Source: Bacteroidota bacterium (lineage in GTDB: Bacteria > Bacteroidota > Bacteroidia > NS11-12g > UBA955). Taken from it: DNA of 64,000 bases. The notes under the pieces are model-generated. The model ran no database searches. It worked only from the letters and a program-made list of their open reading frames with translations, and was not told the origin of the DNA. Where the stretch lies: the NCBI GenBank assembly GCA_025354385.1, contig JANXMZ010000055.1:8350-72349 (forward strand), in the 5' to 3' direction. Positions 47,394 to 56,536 of this stretch are shown here, piece after piece. The stretch's first letter is position 1. The number at the start of each line of letters is the position of its first letter. The translations under genes and the position numbers were made by a program.

Positions 47394-48341
47394 ATGCAAC
47401 GCAAACACTTCATTAAAATAATAGCAGGAACAACAGGTATGATAACTTTAGGATCATTTAATAAAATAACAAACTTGCTCGAAGAGCAGGATGAAACCAT
47501 GCCGGTTCTCTTTATAGGGCATGGCTCGCCAATGAATGGCATAGAAGACAATGAGTTCAGTCAGCGTTGGGTGGCTATGGGCAAGGAAATAAGCGTTCCT
47601 AAAGCCGTCTTGTGTATTTCTGCACATTGGCTTACCAGCGGCACCCACATTACTGCCATGGAGAATCCTAAAACCATTCACGACTTTGGTGGCTTTCCTC
47701 AAGAATTGTTCAATGTACAATATCCAGCTCCTGGTAATCCAGAGCTAGCTTCAGAAATAGCGGGCATTGTAAAAAAAGTAGGCGTCGGCCTCGATCACGA
47801 ATGGGGTCTCGACCATGGCACTTGGTCGGTTATCAAAAACATGTACCCTTTAGCCAATATCCCTGTATTGCAACTCAGCATAGATTATAACCAACCCATG
47901 CAATATCATTACGATTTGGCGAGAGAATTAGCCTCACTGCGGAAAAAAGGTGTACTTATAATTGGTAGTGGAAATATGATTCACAATTTACGCATGGTGG
48001 CTTGGGATAAAATGGAAGTGCCTAATTACGGCTATGACTGGGCAATAGAGATGCATGCTAATTTTAAAAAGCTAATTACGGATAAGAACCATGCTGCCTT
48101 AATAGATTATACCAAACTTGGGCAAGCTGCAATGCTTTCTATTCCAACTCCCGATCATTATATTCCATTATTATACAGTCTAGCGCTACAAACAGATAAG
48201 GATGAGGTTAGCTTTTTTAATGATAAATTAGTTGCCGGCTCACTCAATATGACTTCGGTTAAAATATCGAACAGAGCCACTCAATCTTATGTAAAACCTA
48301 CAGATAAAGCCAAAGACTCCACGGTTTCAGATTCTATTTAA
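47394..48341 (+). CDS. ygiD: LigB-family extradiol dioxygenase (4,5-DOPA dioxygenase/YgiD-like) with N-terminal signal-like extension
   Basis: PVLFIGHGSPMN, ISAHW, HEWGLDHGTWS, GSGNMIHNL. The N-terminus MQRKHFIKIIAGTTGMITLGSF looks like an export signal. Confidence 0.75.
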   Translation: MQRKHFIKIIAGTTGMITLGSFNKITNLLEEQDETMPVLFIGHGSPMNGIEDNEFSQRWVAMGKEISVPKAVLCISAHWLTSGTHITAMENPKTIHDFGGFPQELFNVQYPAPGNPELASEIAGIVKKVGVGLDHEWGLDHGTWSVIKNMYPLANIPVLQLSIDYNQPMQYHYDLARELASLRKKGVLIIGSGNMIHNLRMVAWDKMEVPNYGYDWAIEMHANFKKLITDKNHAALIDYTKLGQAAMLSIPTPDHYIPLLYSLALQTDKDEVSFFNDKLVAGSLNMTSVKISNRATQSYVKPTDKAKDSTVSDSI

Positions 48342-48474
48342 GGCGATTGACGCAAAATTCAACTTAGGATTTTATAAATTTAACACTCCATTTAATCAAA
48401 GCAACTTATTTCTTTGGACCTTTATCTCAAGAATCCGTGAATAATATTCATATCACCTTTAAAAAGTTGGGTAC

Positions 48475-48508
48475 AAAAAAAAGGATAGTCATTTTAACTA
48501 TCCTTTTT
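48475..48508. terminator. Bidirectional rho-independent terminator (ygiD-like / rpsA convergent)
   Basis: A8, then stem GGATAGT, loop of 7 nt, stem ACTATCC, then T5. Confidence 0.7.
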
Positions 48509-48526
48509 GATTATGATTAATTTTAA

Positions 48527-50653
48527 TTAAAAAGTTTTTGCTTCTTCAATCCATGCATGCCATTGCTCAAGGCTGGTCATGCTGTCTTGATTTTCCAATT
48601 CGGCAATTCTTTCGTCTGTTAATGATATTAAATCATTGTAACTATGAATTCCTAGAGCGTTTAATCTTTTTTCAAATGCTGGTCCTACACCAGTAATTTT
48701 CTTAAGATCATCGCCATTGGTTGTTTCTGCTTTTTCTTCTTTTTCAACTACTTTCTTTTCAGCTTTTGGTTTAGCTTCAGTAGTGGGTTTACTTCCAGCA
48801 TTGTCAAACATGGCTTTCAAATCGCTGAAGGCATCTAATTCACCTAATGATGATTTATCATTAGATTTATTAATTGGTTTACCTGTTTTAACTCCAGGTT
48901 TACCTGACTTATCGCCAGCATTGTCTTCTGCTTTTCTTGCTTTATCTTCTGCTTTCCATGTGTTGGTATGAGAAAGAACGATGCTTTTACTTTCTTTATT
49001 GAATTCGATTACTTCGAATGCCAATACTTCATCTTCTTTAATTTTACCACCGTTTTCTTTTACCAAATGGCGTTTAGGAGCAAATCCTTCTATACCGTAT
49101 TGTAATTGAACATTGGCACCTTTATCATTTTGAGAAGTAACAGTTCCTTCGTGAACAGTTCCCAATCTGAAAATAGTTTCGAAAGTATCCCAAGGATTTT
49201 CTTCCAATTGTTTGTGACCTAGAGATAAACGTCTGTTTTCAGCATCTACTTCTAAGACAACAACATCAATTTTCTCATCTTTCTTAATAAATTCAGAAGG
49301 ATGTTTGATTTTCTTGGTCCAAGATAAGTCTGATACGTGGATTAATCCATCAACACCTTCTTCTAGTTCGATGAACAAACCATAGCTGGTTAAATTCTTA
49401 ACTGTTCCGTTGTGTTTGCTACCTACTTTGTATTTTTCAACGATAGAAGCCCATGGATCCGGTGTTAATTGCTTAATACCTAAGGACATTTTGTGCTCTT
49501 CTTTATCCAATGATAAAACGATAGCTTCAACATCATCACCTGCTTTCAAGAAATCATGTGGACTTCTTAAATGACTGCTCCAGCTCATCTCTGAAACGTG
49601 AACCAAACCTTCTACACCTGGCTTAATTTCGATGAATGCACCATAATCAGCAACAGTTACAACTTTACCTGCAACTTTCTCTCCAATTTTAATGTTTTCA
49701 CCTAAAGTATCCCAAGGGTGCTCTGTTAATTGTTTCATGCCTAGAGAAATACGTTTCTTTTCGTCATCAAACTCTAGAACAACTACATTGATTTTTTGGT
49801 CTAACTTCAATAACTCTTCTGGGTGATTGATTCTACCCCAAGAGATATCTGTGATGTGCAATAAGCCATCAATACCACCTAAATCAACGAATACACCAAA
49901 AGGCGCTATATTTTTAACGATACCTTCTAACACTTGTCCTTTTTCTAATTTAGACAAAATATCAGATTTCTGTGCTTCGATATCATCTTCAATCAATGCT
50001 TTGTGAGAAATAACAACGTTTTTAAACACGTCATTCACCTTCACAATTTTGAACTCCATGTCTTTACCTACATATTGATCGTAATCTTTAATCGGCTTAA
50101 CATCGATTTGTGAACCTGGCAAGAAAGCGTCAATGCCCATGACATCAACAACCAATCCACCTTTTGTTCTATTTTTTACTAAACCAGTTAAAATAGTGCC
50201 TTCTTCCATAGCTTTCAAGATATGCTCCCATGCTTTCTCTTGAATAGCGCGTTTGCGCGAAAGAATTAACTGTCCGTTTTCGTCTTCTGTATTTTCTACA
50301 TAAACTTCAACTGTATCACCTACTTTAACATCTGCTAAATCTTTAAATTCATTTTTTGAAATGATACCATCAGATTTAAAACCCACATTCACGACAATCT
50401 CACGTTCTGAAATTGCTACTACATAACCACTTACTAACTCATTCTGAGTTAAGCTTTTCAAAGAACCTGAATATAAATTCTCTAGTTCTTTGCGTTGGTT
50501 TTTGTCGTAGTTACCAAAACCAGCGTTGTCCATGCTCCAATCGAAATCACCCGCAGCCGGAGCTGTTTCTTTGTTAGTGCGGGTTTTTGGGGTTTCTGCG
50601 GCTGCCTCAACTGTTGTTGTGGCGTTGCCTTGGTTTAATTGTTCTTCTGTCAA
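48527..50653 (-). CDS. rpsA: 30S ribosomal protein S1 with long C-terminal extension
   Basis: Repeated S1/OB modules (GxVxxxxxxGxxVDxG...GLxHxSxxSW). The conserved N-terminal DFDW lies upstream of the first internal Met, so the TTG at 50653 is the start. 708 aa. Confidence 0.9.
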   Translation of the reverse strand: MTEEQLNQGNATTTVEAAAETPKTRTNKETAPAAGDFDWSMDNAGFGNYDKNQRKELENLYSGSLKSLTQNELVSGYVVAISEREIVVNVGFKSDGIISKNEFKDLADVKVGDTVEVYVENTEDENGQLILSRKRAIQEKAWEHILKAMEEGTILTGLVKNRTKGGLVVDVMGIDAFLPGSQIDVKPIKDYDQYVGKDMEFKIVKVNDVFKNVVISHKALIEDDIEAQKSDILSKLEKGQVLEGIVKNIAPFGVFVDLGGIDGLLHITDISWGRINHPEELLKLDQKINVVVLEFDDEKKRISLGMKQLTEHPWDTLGENIKIGEKVAGKVVTVADYGAFIEIKPGVEGLVHVSEMSWSSHLRSPHDFLKAGDDVEAIVLSLDKEEHKMSLGIKQLTPDPWASIVEKYKVGSKHNGTVKNLTSYGLFIELEEGVDGLIHVSDLSWTKKIKHPSEFIKKDEKIDVVVLEVDAENRRLSLGHKQLEENPWDTFETIFRLGTVHEGTVTSQNDKGANVQLQYGIEGFAPKRHLVKENGGKIKEDEVLAFEVIEFNKESKSIVLSHTNTWKAEDKARKAEDNAGDKSGKPGVKTGKPINKSNDKSSLGELDAFSDLKAMFDNAGSKPTTEAKPKAEKKVVEKEEKAETTNGDDLKKITGVGPAFEKRLNALGIHSYNDLISLTDERIAELENQDSMTSLEQWHAWIEEAKTF

Positions 50654-50662
50654 ATTTTATTT

Positions 50663-50667
50663 CCTCC
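50663..50667 (-). promoter_or_regulatory. Shine-Dalgarno-like AAAGGAGG 9 nt upstream of the rpsA TTG start
   Basis: The minus strand reads AAAGGAGGAAATAAAAT-TTG. Confidence 0.6.
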
Positions 50668-50680
50668 TTTGTTGGGGCGG

Positions 50681-50688
50681 CAAATTTA
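50681..50688 (-). promoter_or_regulatory. Candidate -7 box TAAATTTG upstream of rpsA
   Basis: Plus-strand caaattta, which reads TAAATTTG (TAnnTTTG) on the minus strand. It would give a ~20-25 nt leader containing the SD-like element. Confidence 0.3.
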
Positions 50689-50767
50689 AATATTAATTAT
50701 TAAATTACCTATAGTTTTTTATTTGGACTAAGGACTTGGGAATTCAAGGCATTGTGTTAGAATTTTT

Positions 50768-51088
50768 TTACCATAAAAAGACTGCGAAAAATAGAAAAAT
50801 AAAAGCTACAAAATGATTCCATTTCAAAGGTTCTTTTAAAACAAAAACTGCAAATATACAAAATACAACTATGGTGATTGCTTCTTGGATAATTTTAAGT
50901 TGGTAACCACTCATACCTTCTAATTTACCTATCCTGTTAGCAGGTACCATAATGCTATATTCTACCAATGCGATTAACCAACTTACCGCAATGGCTTTCC
51001 ACAGGGGTATACCTTCAAATTTTAAATGTCCATACCATGCTATTGTCATGAATACATTAGAGACAATAAGCAATAAAATTGTCTTCAT
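50768..51088 (-). CDS. DMT-superfamily small membrane protein (DUF486)
   Basis: LLIVSNVFMTIAWYGHLKF...VPANRIG...QLKIIQEAITIVVF...EPLKWNH. Confidence 0.7.
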   Translation of the reverse strand: MKTILLLIVSNVFMTIAWYGHLKFEGIPLWKAIAVSWLIALVEYSIMVPANRIGKLEGMSGYQLKIIQEAITIVVFCIFAVFVLKEPLKWNHFVAFIFLFFAVFLW

Positions 51089-51570
51089 TATAAATTACTT
51101 CTTTTTGTGAAATTAAAAAACGGATAAATTTCGCTTTTTAAGCGGGCCAATTTTAATTTGGTTTTTATATTGTCAGCTTGGTTTGGATCTGCCGTTTCTT
51201 CTAAAATATTTTGGCGAATATTTAGTTCTTCGAAAATACTAAACAGTATTTTATTCAAGTTATTTGATGAAGAATCTGAAGAGGATACCAATAAATGATG
51301 CATTTCTTGATAGGTGGCTAACAAGGCTACTTCATTTAATGCTTTTATTTTTGTAATAGATTTCAATTTAAGTTTCGTCAAACATGCATTTCTCAAGGAA
51401 TCTATATTGGTATTATCTGTTTTTGATATATCAACAAAACTATCATTTAACATTTCCGATGAAAAATTCAAAATAGTATCATTTATACTATCTGTAATCA
51501 TCTCTTCTTTTGTGGCAGATGATTGGCAGCTCAAAATAAAAAGCAAAATGAATAGATAATAATACTTCAT
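51088..51570 (-). CDS. Hypothetical lipoprotein
   Basis: Signal plus lipobox FILSCQS. Its stop overlaps the next ATG (TAATG). Confidence 0.5.
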   Translation of the reverse strand: MKYYYLFILLFILSCQSSATKEEMITDSINDTILNFSSEMLNDSFVDISKTDNTNIDSLRNACLTKLKLKSITKIKALNEVALLATYQEMHHLLVSSSDSSSNNLNKILFSIFEELNIRQNILEETADPNQADNIKTKLKLARLKSEIYPFFNFTKRSNL

Positions 51571-51616
51571 CTTAAATATTAGTGTTCAAATATAAGTATA
51601 GCAAAGCTAAGGGCAT

Positions 51617-51650
51617 AAAAAAAGTTGAGATTTTAGTCTCAACTTTTTTT
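51617..51650. terminator. Rho-independent terminator (stem AGTTGAGA/TCTCAACT)
   Basis: A7, then an 8-bp stem, loop TTTTAG, the complementary stem, then T7. Lies 22 nt downstream of the 51672 gene end. Confidence 0.8.
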
Positions 51651-51671
51651 CAATTTAATTAAAAATCGTAA

Positions 51672-52340
51672 TTACTTTGATTCAGATTTAGAACCAGTCT
51701 TTTCAGAGGCAAATAATACTGCAAATTTGGTTTTGGTTTGTGCAATTTTGATATTGTCAGAACCTTTGAAAGCTTTTTCCTTTTCAACTTCATTTTTTCT
51801 AGTGTCTAAAGCTTCATATAAAGCTTTTACATAAGCAAGTTGGTCGGCATCGTACGATGATTGATTTGCTTTGAATTTTTCATAAAACCCATTATAAGTG
51901 CTCAAAATATTTGAAGCATTCACCCAAGAAAAATCCATTGTATTCATCATAGCAACTTCGCCAAAGATGGTTTTAGCCATTACAATTTTAGCTTCATCGT
52001 TAAAACCTGTCATTGCAGGTTCTGATGCTTTTGTAGATTCTTCCATTTTGGCAACATAAGCTATTTTGTATTCTTCCCAAGATTTTTGAGATGCTTCTAA
52101 TTTTGCTTTTTCTTCTTCTTTCAATTTGTCTGCGTTAGCAGTAAGGTCAGCAGTAGCCGCCTTATATTGACCATCTAGGGCCACCCATGTAGTAGAGTCA
52201 TAAACAACGTTAGCTGTTTTAACTGAATCAATCCATTTCTGTAGATTTTCAACTTGAGCAGAAAGTTCCTGCTTGTTTGTACCATTATTGCAAGCTACTA
52301 AAGCTACAATTGCGAATACTGTTATTATTATTTTATTCAT
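51672..52340 (-). CDS. Hypothetical helical lipoprotein (paralog of 52436..52873)
   Basis: Lipobox ALVACNN. Lys/Glu/Ala-rich. Confidence 0.55.
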   Translation of the reverse strand: MNKIIITVFAIVALVACNNGTNKQELSAQVENLQKWIDSVKTANVVYDSTTWVALDGQYKAATADLTANADKLKEEEKAKLEASQKSWEEYKIAYVAKMEESTKASEPAMTGFNDEAKIVMAKTIFGEVAMMNTMDFSWVNASNILSTYNGFYEKFKANQSSYDADQLAYVKALYEALDTRKNEVEKEKAFKGSDNIKIAQTKTKFAVLFASEKTGSKSESK

Positions 52341-52379
52341 TAATGGTGCAAAGATAGGTGATTGTGAGAGATATCGGAC

Positions 52380-52415
52380 AAAAAAAAAGTTGAGACGTTA
52401 ATCTCAACTTTTTTT
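52380..52415. terminator. Rho-independent terminator (same stem AGTTGAGA/TCTCAACT)
   Basis: A9, then an 8-bp stem, loop CGTTAA, the complementary stem, then T7. Confidence 0.8.
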
Positions 52416-52435
52416 ATATGGTTAAATAATTGAAA

Positions 52436-52873
52436 TTATTTTTTGATCATATCTTTACCTTCTTTTACAACTTCTTTGCCTTTTTCGATGATGGTTTTAC
52501 CAGCTTCGATTGTAGCAGCAGCTTTAGTTGTATCAGATGCCATCATTTGAGCAGCAGCTTCTTTTTCTTTGGTAATTGCAGCAGAATAAGTAGTACCAAC
52601 TTCAGCCCAAGCAGTGTTAGCAGCTTCTAAAGCTTTTTTACCAGTTTCATCCAATTCTTCCATTTTAATTGAAGATACTGCGGTGTTAAACTCAGCAGTG
52701 TAATTTGCCCATGAAGTTGAATCATGAGTAGTAGCAGTAGCTATTACATTTTTGATAGAATCTACCCAAGTAGTTAATTTAGCAACGTTAGCGGCTGATT
52801 CAGTTACAGCTGGAGTGTTGTTACAAGCTGCAAATAAAGCTGCAACAAAAGAAGCGATGATTAATTTTTTCAT
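52436..52873 (-). CDS. Hypothetical helical lipoprotein (paralog of 51672..52340)
   Basis: Lipobox LFAACNN. Shares L..W.DS.K, DST.W and LEA...W.E motifs with its neighbour. Confidence 0.55.
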   Translation of the reverse strand: MKKLIIASFVAALFAACNNTPAVTESAANVAKLTTWVDSIKNVIATATTHDSTSWANYTAEFNTAVSSIKMEELDETGKKALEAANTAWAEVGTTYSAAITKEKEAAAQMMASDTTKAAATIEAGKTIIEKGKEVVKEGKDMIKK

Positions 52874-52930
52874 TTTTATTTATTTCTTAAATTTGGTGCA
52901 AAATTAAAATTTTTATTTATTTATACAAAT

Positions 52931-53485
52931 TTATTTTTTGATAGGAAAACGCATTTTATAATCATGCTCCACGCGACCTAGACTAATATTGTTTAGTTTG
53001 CCTTTAAGAAGATTTTTTTTAAGTGGGGTCACGTAATCTACAAACAACTTCCCCTCGATGTGATCATATTCGTGTTGAATGATTCTAGCAGCCATACCAT
53101 CAAAAGACAACTCATGCTCCACAAAATTATCATCCAAAAAGCGAATGGTTAACTCAGGTTTACGACTTACATTTTCTCTAATAGTGGGTATACTAAGGCA
53201 ACCTTCCTCATATTTCCATGGCTCGCCCCATTCATTTAGAATGAGCGGATTGATAAAGGTCTGTTTAAAATCTGCTGGTTTAATACCTTCTATTGGAGTA
53301 CCATCAACTACAAAAATACGAATAGGGAGTCCGATTTGAGGTGCGGCTAATCCAATGCCGTTGCTTTCGTACATAGTTTCATACATATTGGCTATTAACT
53401 CCTGTAAACCAGGGTAATTAGGGTCAATATCTGTACATTTTTTCCTTAAAACAGGAGAACCGTAGGCATAAATTGGTAATATCAT
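52931..53485 (-). CDS. def: Peptide deformylase
   Basis: GIGLAAPQIG, EGCLS, QHEYDH. Confidence 0.95.
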   Translation of the reverse strand: MILPIYAYGSPVLRKKCTDIDPNYPGLQELIANMYETMYESNGIGLAAPQIGLPIRIFVVDGTPIEGIKPADFKQTFINPLILNEWGEPWKYEEGCLSIPTIRENVSRKPELTIRFLDDNFVEHELSFDGMAARIIQHEYDHIEGKLFVDYVTPLKKNLLKGKLNNISLGRVEHDYKMRFPIKK

Positions 53486-53892
53486 CTGGAAGCTAAATAA
53501 GTTTGCAAAATTAATGCAGCAGCTACTGTATCTACAAGTTTTTTATTTTTTCTATCCTTTTTTTTATAGCCTGCATCTATTAAAGTCTGCTTTGCCATTC
53601 GACTCGTTAATCTTTCATCAATTTTAACAATGGGGTATTTTGGGAAGTTTTCTTTTAGTTTTTTTTCGAATTCTATCACTAATTGGGTCGCATCTGTATC
53701 AGATCCATCCATATTCAAAGGAGCACCCAATACGATAGTTTCTACTACTTCTTTTAAAAAATAGGCTTTCAAATAATCTATTATTATACTAGTATCTATT
53801 GTATCCAAAGGGTATGCAATCATCTGCAAAGGGTCCGTCACCGCCACACCAGTTCTTCTTCCTCCATAATCTAAGGCTATTATTCTGCTCAT
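53482..53892 (-). CDS. ruvX: Holliday-junction resolvase-like RuvX (YqgF)
   Basis: IIALDYGGRRTGVAVTD, DERLTS, AAALILQTYL. ATGA overlap with def. Confidence 0.9.
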   Translation of the reverse strand: MSRIIALDYGGRRTGVAVTDPLQMIAYPLDTIDTSIIIDYLKAYFLKEVVETIVLGAPLNMDGSDTDATQLVIEFEKKLKENFPKYPIVKIDERLTSRMAKQTLIDAGYKKKDRKNKKLVDTVAAALILQTYLASR

Positions 53893-53951
53893 TTAATATT
53901 ATGCAAGATTGCATTTTTCTGTTCAAGATAAAAAAATTAATTTCGCACAAT

Positions 53952-55184
53952 ATGGAATTAGTGAATGGAAGATATCAGTTAGGTGGTGTTGATTTACTGG
54001 AATTGGTAGAAAAATACGAATCGCCTCTTTATGTGTATGACGCAGAAAAAATGCAGGAACAGTTTAATAAGCTTTATAATGCATTTCCGGGTGTTAAGTT
54101 AAACATACATTATGCTTGCAAGGCTCTAAGCAATATCACCATTTTAAAATTAATGAAGAAATTTGGTACTGGACTTGATGCTGTTTCCATACAAGAAGTC
54201 TGGCTAGGATTAAAAGCGGGTTTCGAACCATCTGAAATATTGTACACACCCAATGGGGTTAGCATGGCTGAAATTGAAATGGCGGTTGAAGAAGGTGTAA
54301 AGATTAATATTGATAACATATCTATATTGGAGCAGTTTGGTGCAAAATACGGTAGTATAGTTCCTGTTTGCATTCGTGTCAATCCACATATTATGGCTGG
54401 TGGAAATCATAAAATTTCTACTGGGCACATTGATTCCAAATTTGGTATTAGCTACTACCAACTTAGACACGTTTCGAGAGTTGTTAAATTATATGATATT
54501 AATGTAGAAGGTTTGCATATGCATACTGGCAGTGATATTTTAGATGCTGAGGTGTTTATAAGAGGAGCTGAATTATTGTTTGAAGCAGCCGAAGATTTTA
54601 AAGATTTAAGGTATATGGACTTTGGAAGTGGATTTAAAGTTGCATACAAAGAGGCCGATGTAACCACAGATATCAACGATATTGGCGGTAAAATAGCTTC
54701 TCGATTTATTGAGTTCTGCAAAAAATATGGCCGAGAACTCGAACTTTGGTTTGAGCCAGGTAAATTTTTGGTGAGTGAATCGGGTTATTTTTTGGCAAAA
54801 ACGAATGTAGTAAAACAAACCACCAGTACTATGTTTGCAGGAATTGATTCAGGATTAAACCACTTGATTCGTCCAATGTTGTATGAGGCCTATCACAAAA
54901 TCACCAATATTAGCCATCCAACAGGAACAGAGAGAATTTATGCCGTCGTTGGTTATATATGCGAAACAGATACCTTTGGTTGGGACAGAAAATTAAATGA
55001 AGTAAGAGAAGGCGATATACTTGCATTTCACAATGCTGGAGCCTATGGCTTTAGTATGTCCAGCAATTACAATTCACGTTTCCGACCTGCAGAGGTTTTA
55101 ATATATAACGGCAAGGCTCACCTTATTCGCAGAAGAGAAACCATGGAAGATTTAATTTTAACTCAAGTAAGTTTGGAGATTTAA
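53952..55184 (+). CDS. lysA: Diaminopimelate decarboxylase
   Basis: YVYD, HYACKA (PLP Lys), HMHTGS, GAYGFSMSSNYNSRFRPAEV. I take the start at ATG 53952 (MELVNGRYQLGG) rather than the track's 53799, which overlaps ruvX. Confidence 0.9.
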   Translation: MELVNGRYQLGGVDLLELVEKYESPLYVYDAEKMQEQFNKLYNAFPGVKLNIHYACKALSNITILKLMKKFGTGLDAVSIQEVWLGLKAGFEPSEILYTPNGVSMAEIEMAVEEGVKINIDNISILEQFGAKYGSIVPVCIRVNPHIMAGGNHKISTGHIDSKFGISYYQLRHVSRVVKLYDINVEGLHMHTGSDILDAEVFIRGAELLFEAAEDFKDLRYMDFGSGFKVAYKEADVTTDINDIGGKIASRFIEFCKKYGRELELWFEPGKFLVSESGYFLAKTNVVKQTTSTMFAGIDSGLNHLIRPMLYEAYHKITNISHPTGTERIYAVVGYICETDTFGWDRKLNEVREGDILAFHNAGAYGFSMSSNYNSRFRPAEVLIYNGKAHLIRRRETMEDLILTQVSLEI

Positions 55185-55196
55185 ATAATCATTGTT

Positions 55197-55808
55197 TTAC
55201 TGCTGTGCGCGCAATTGCTCTATAAAATTAAGCAATGTTTCGAATGCCAGCGAATCGTTTTGATTGTTTTCTATCACAATATCTGCTTGCTCTCGGTAAG
55301 GAAATACATATTTTTCGTACCCGGGTAATGCATGATGGGTATATTGATAGGCAGTCATTTCTTCTGATATTCCCCTCTCCTCTTTATCGCGAATTACTCT
55401 TCTTCTGTAAGTAATATCATGAGGAGCATTTACAAATATTTTGTAATCCATTAAATTAAAAATTTCATCAAAATGAAAAATAAACAGGCCTTCTATAAAG
55501 ATTATTGGGGCTGGCTTTATTTGAGTCCATCTTTCTTGCGCATTTGGATTATTAAAATGATACAACTTTTGTGTCAAGGTTTTCCCTTGTCTTAAGGCTT
55601 TCAAATCTCTCAGAAAAGCGTCTATATCAATACCTTCAGGCAGGTCAAAATTCTCTATACCATTTATATCCTTCTGCTGAAATTGAATTGGCTTGTAATA
55701 ATTATCACAGGACAAAATAGTAATTTTATCTCCCATCTTATTTTTGAGAAGCTCTATTAAATGGGTTTTACCAGAACCACTATTTCCACTTAAACCAACA
55801 ATTATCAT
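55197..55808 (-). CDS. udk: Uridine kinase
   Basis: GLSGNSGSGKT P-loop, plus DNYYK, FDLPEGID and EGLFIF. Confidence 0.85.
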   Translation of the reverse strand: MIIVGLSGNSGSGKTHLIELLKNKMGDKITILSCDNYYKPIQFQQKDINGIENFDLPEGIDIDAFLRDLKALRQGKTLTQKLYHFNNPNAQERWTQIKPAPIIFIEGLFIFHFDEIFNLMDYKIFVNAPHDITYRRRVIRDKEERGISEEMTAYQYTHHALPGYEKYVFPYREQADIVIENNQNDSLAFETLLNFIEQLRAQQ

Positions 55809-55929
55809 TGAGAATTTTTATACAATACTTATTTATTGCTAGAGCAAATATATTAACAGAATTGGAATACATGCAAATTCATACATATGAATAATTGTTG
55901 AATTCAAGCAGAGTACTTACTTTCGCATT

Positions 55930-56433
55930 ATGAAACCTTTCTTTTTTATTATTATCACATTTTGTCTAACATTAGCCTGCAATAATGGCGAAAAAACTTT
56001 ATTAAAAAATATTAAACTGTTGGAAGCAAATAAGAGTTTGGCCACCAGTGATACATTAATTAATAGCTATGTTAACTTCTCCAATCAATTTCCTAAACAT
56101 CCATTCGCTGTTAAATTTTTATTTAAAGCTGCAGAAGCCACAGTAAAAGCAGGTAGATATGAGGCTGGAGCTAAATTATATGAGCAATTAGCCAATAACT
56201 ATAAAGACAGTTCGCTTGCTCCTGAATCACTTTTAAGAGCAGGTTTTAATTATCAATCTATAAATGATGTGTCTGATGAAAAGAGGGTATTCATACAATT
56301 CTTGAATAATTATCCAAAACATGACCGAGTAAATGATATTAAAATGAGTTTGGAGATTATCGACTACACACCTCAGCAACAAGATAGCATTTTGATGGAC
56401 CGTATTTTGCGCAACAATAGTGCTTCTGAATAA
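55930..56433 (+). CDS. TPR-like lipoprotein
   Basis: Lipobox TLACNN. Helical-repeat pattern (KFLFKAAEATVKAGRYEAGAKLYEQLANNY). Confidence 0.55.
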   Translation: MKPFFFIIITFCLTLACNNGEKTLLKNIKLLEANKSLATSDTLINSYVNFSNQFPKHPFAVKFLFKAAEATVKAGRYEAGAKLYEQLANNYKDSSLAPESLLRAGFNYQSINDVSDEKRVFIQFLNNYPKHDRVNDIKMSLEIIDYTPQQQDSILMDRILRNNSASE

Positions 56434-56536
56434 AGTTCTTTAGATGCTAATTTTATAGCTTCATTACCAAATAATACTTCTTGGCATATCTTGTGCAATA
56501 AATAAATAAATTACAAGTTAATTTAGCACCCATTTT

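Noticed and set aside
53799-53951. N-terminal 51-aa extension of the lysA ORF given in the track
   Set aside because: It overlaps the ruvX coding region on the opposite strand. The translation is not LysA-like until MELVNGRYQLGG at 53952.
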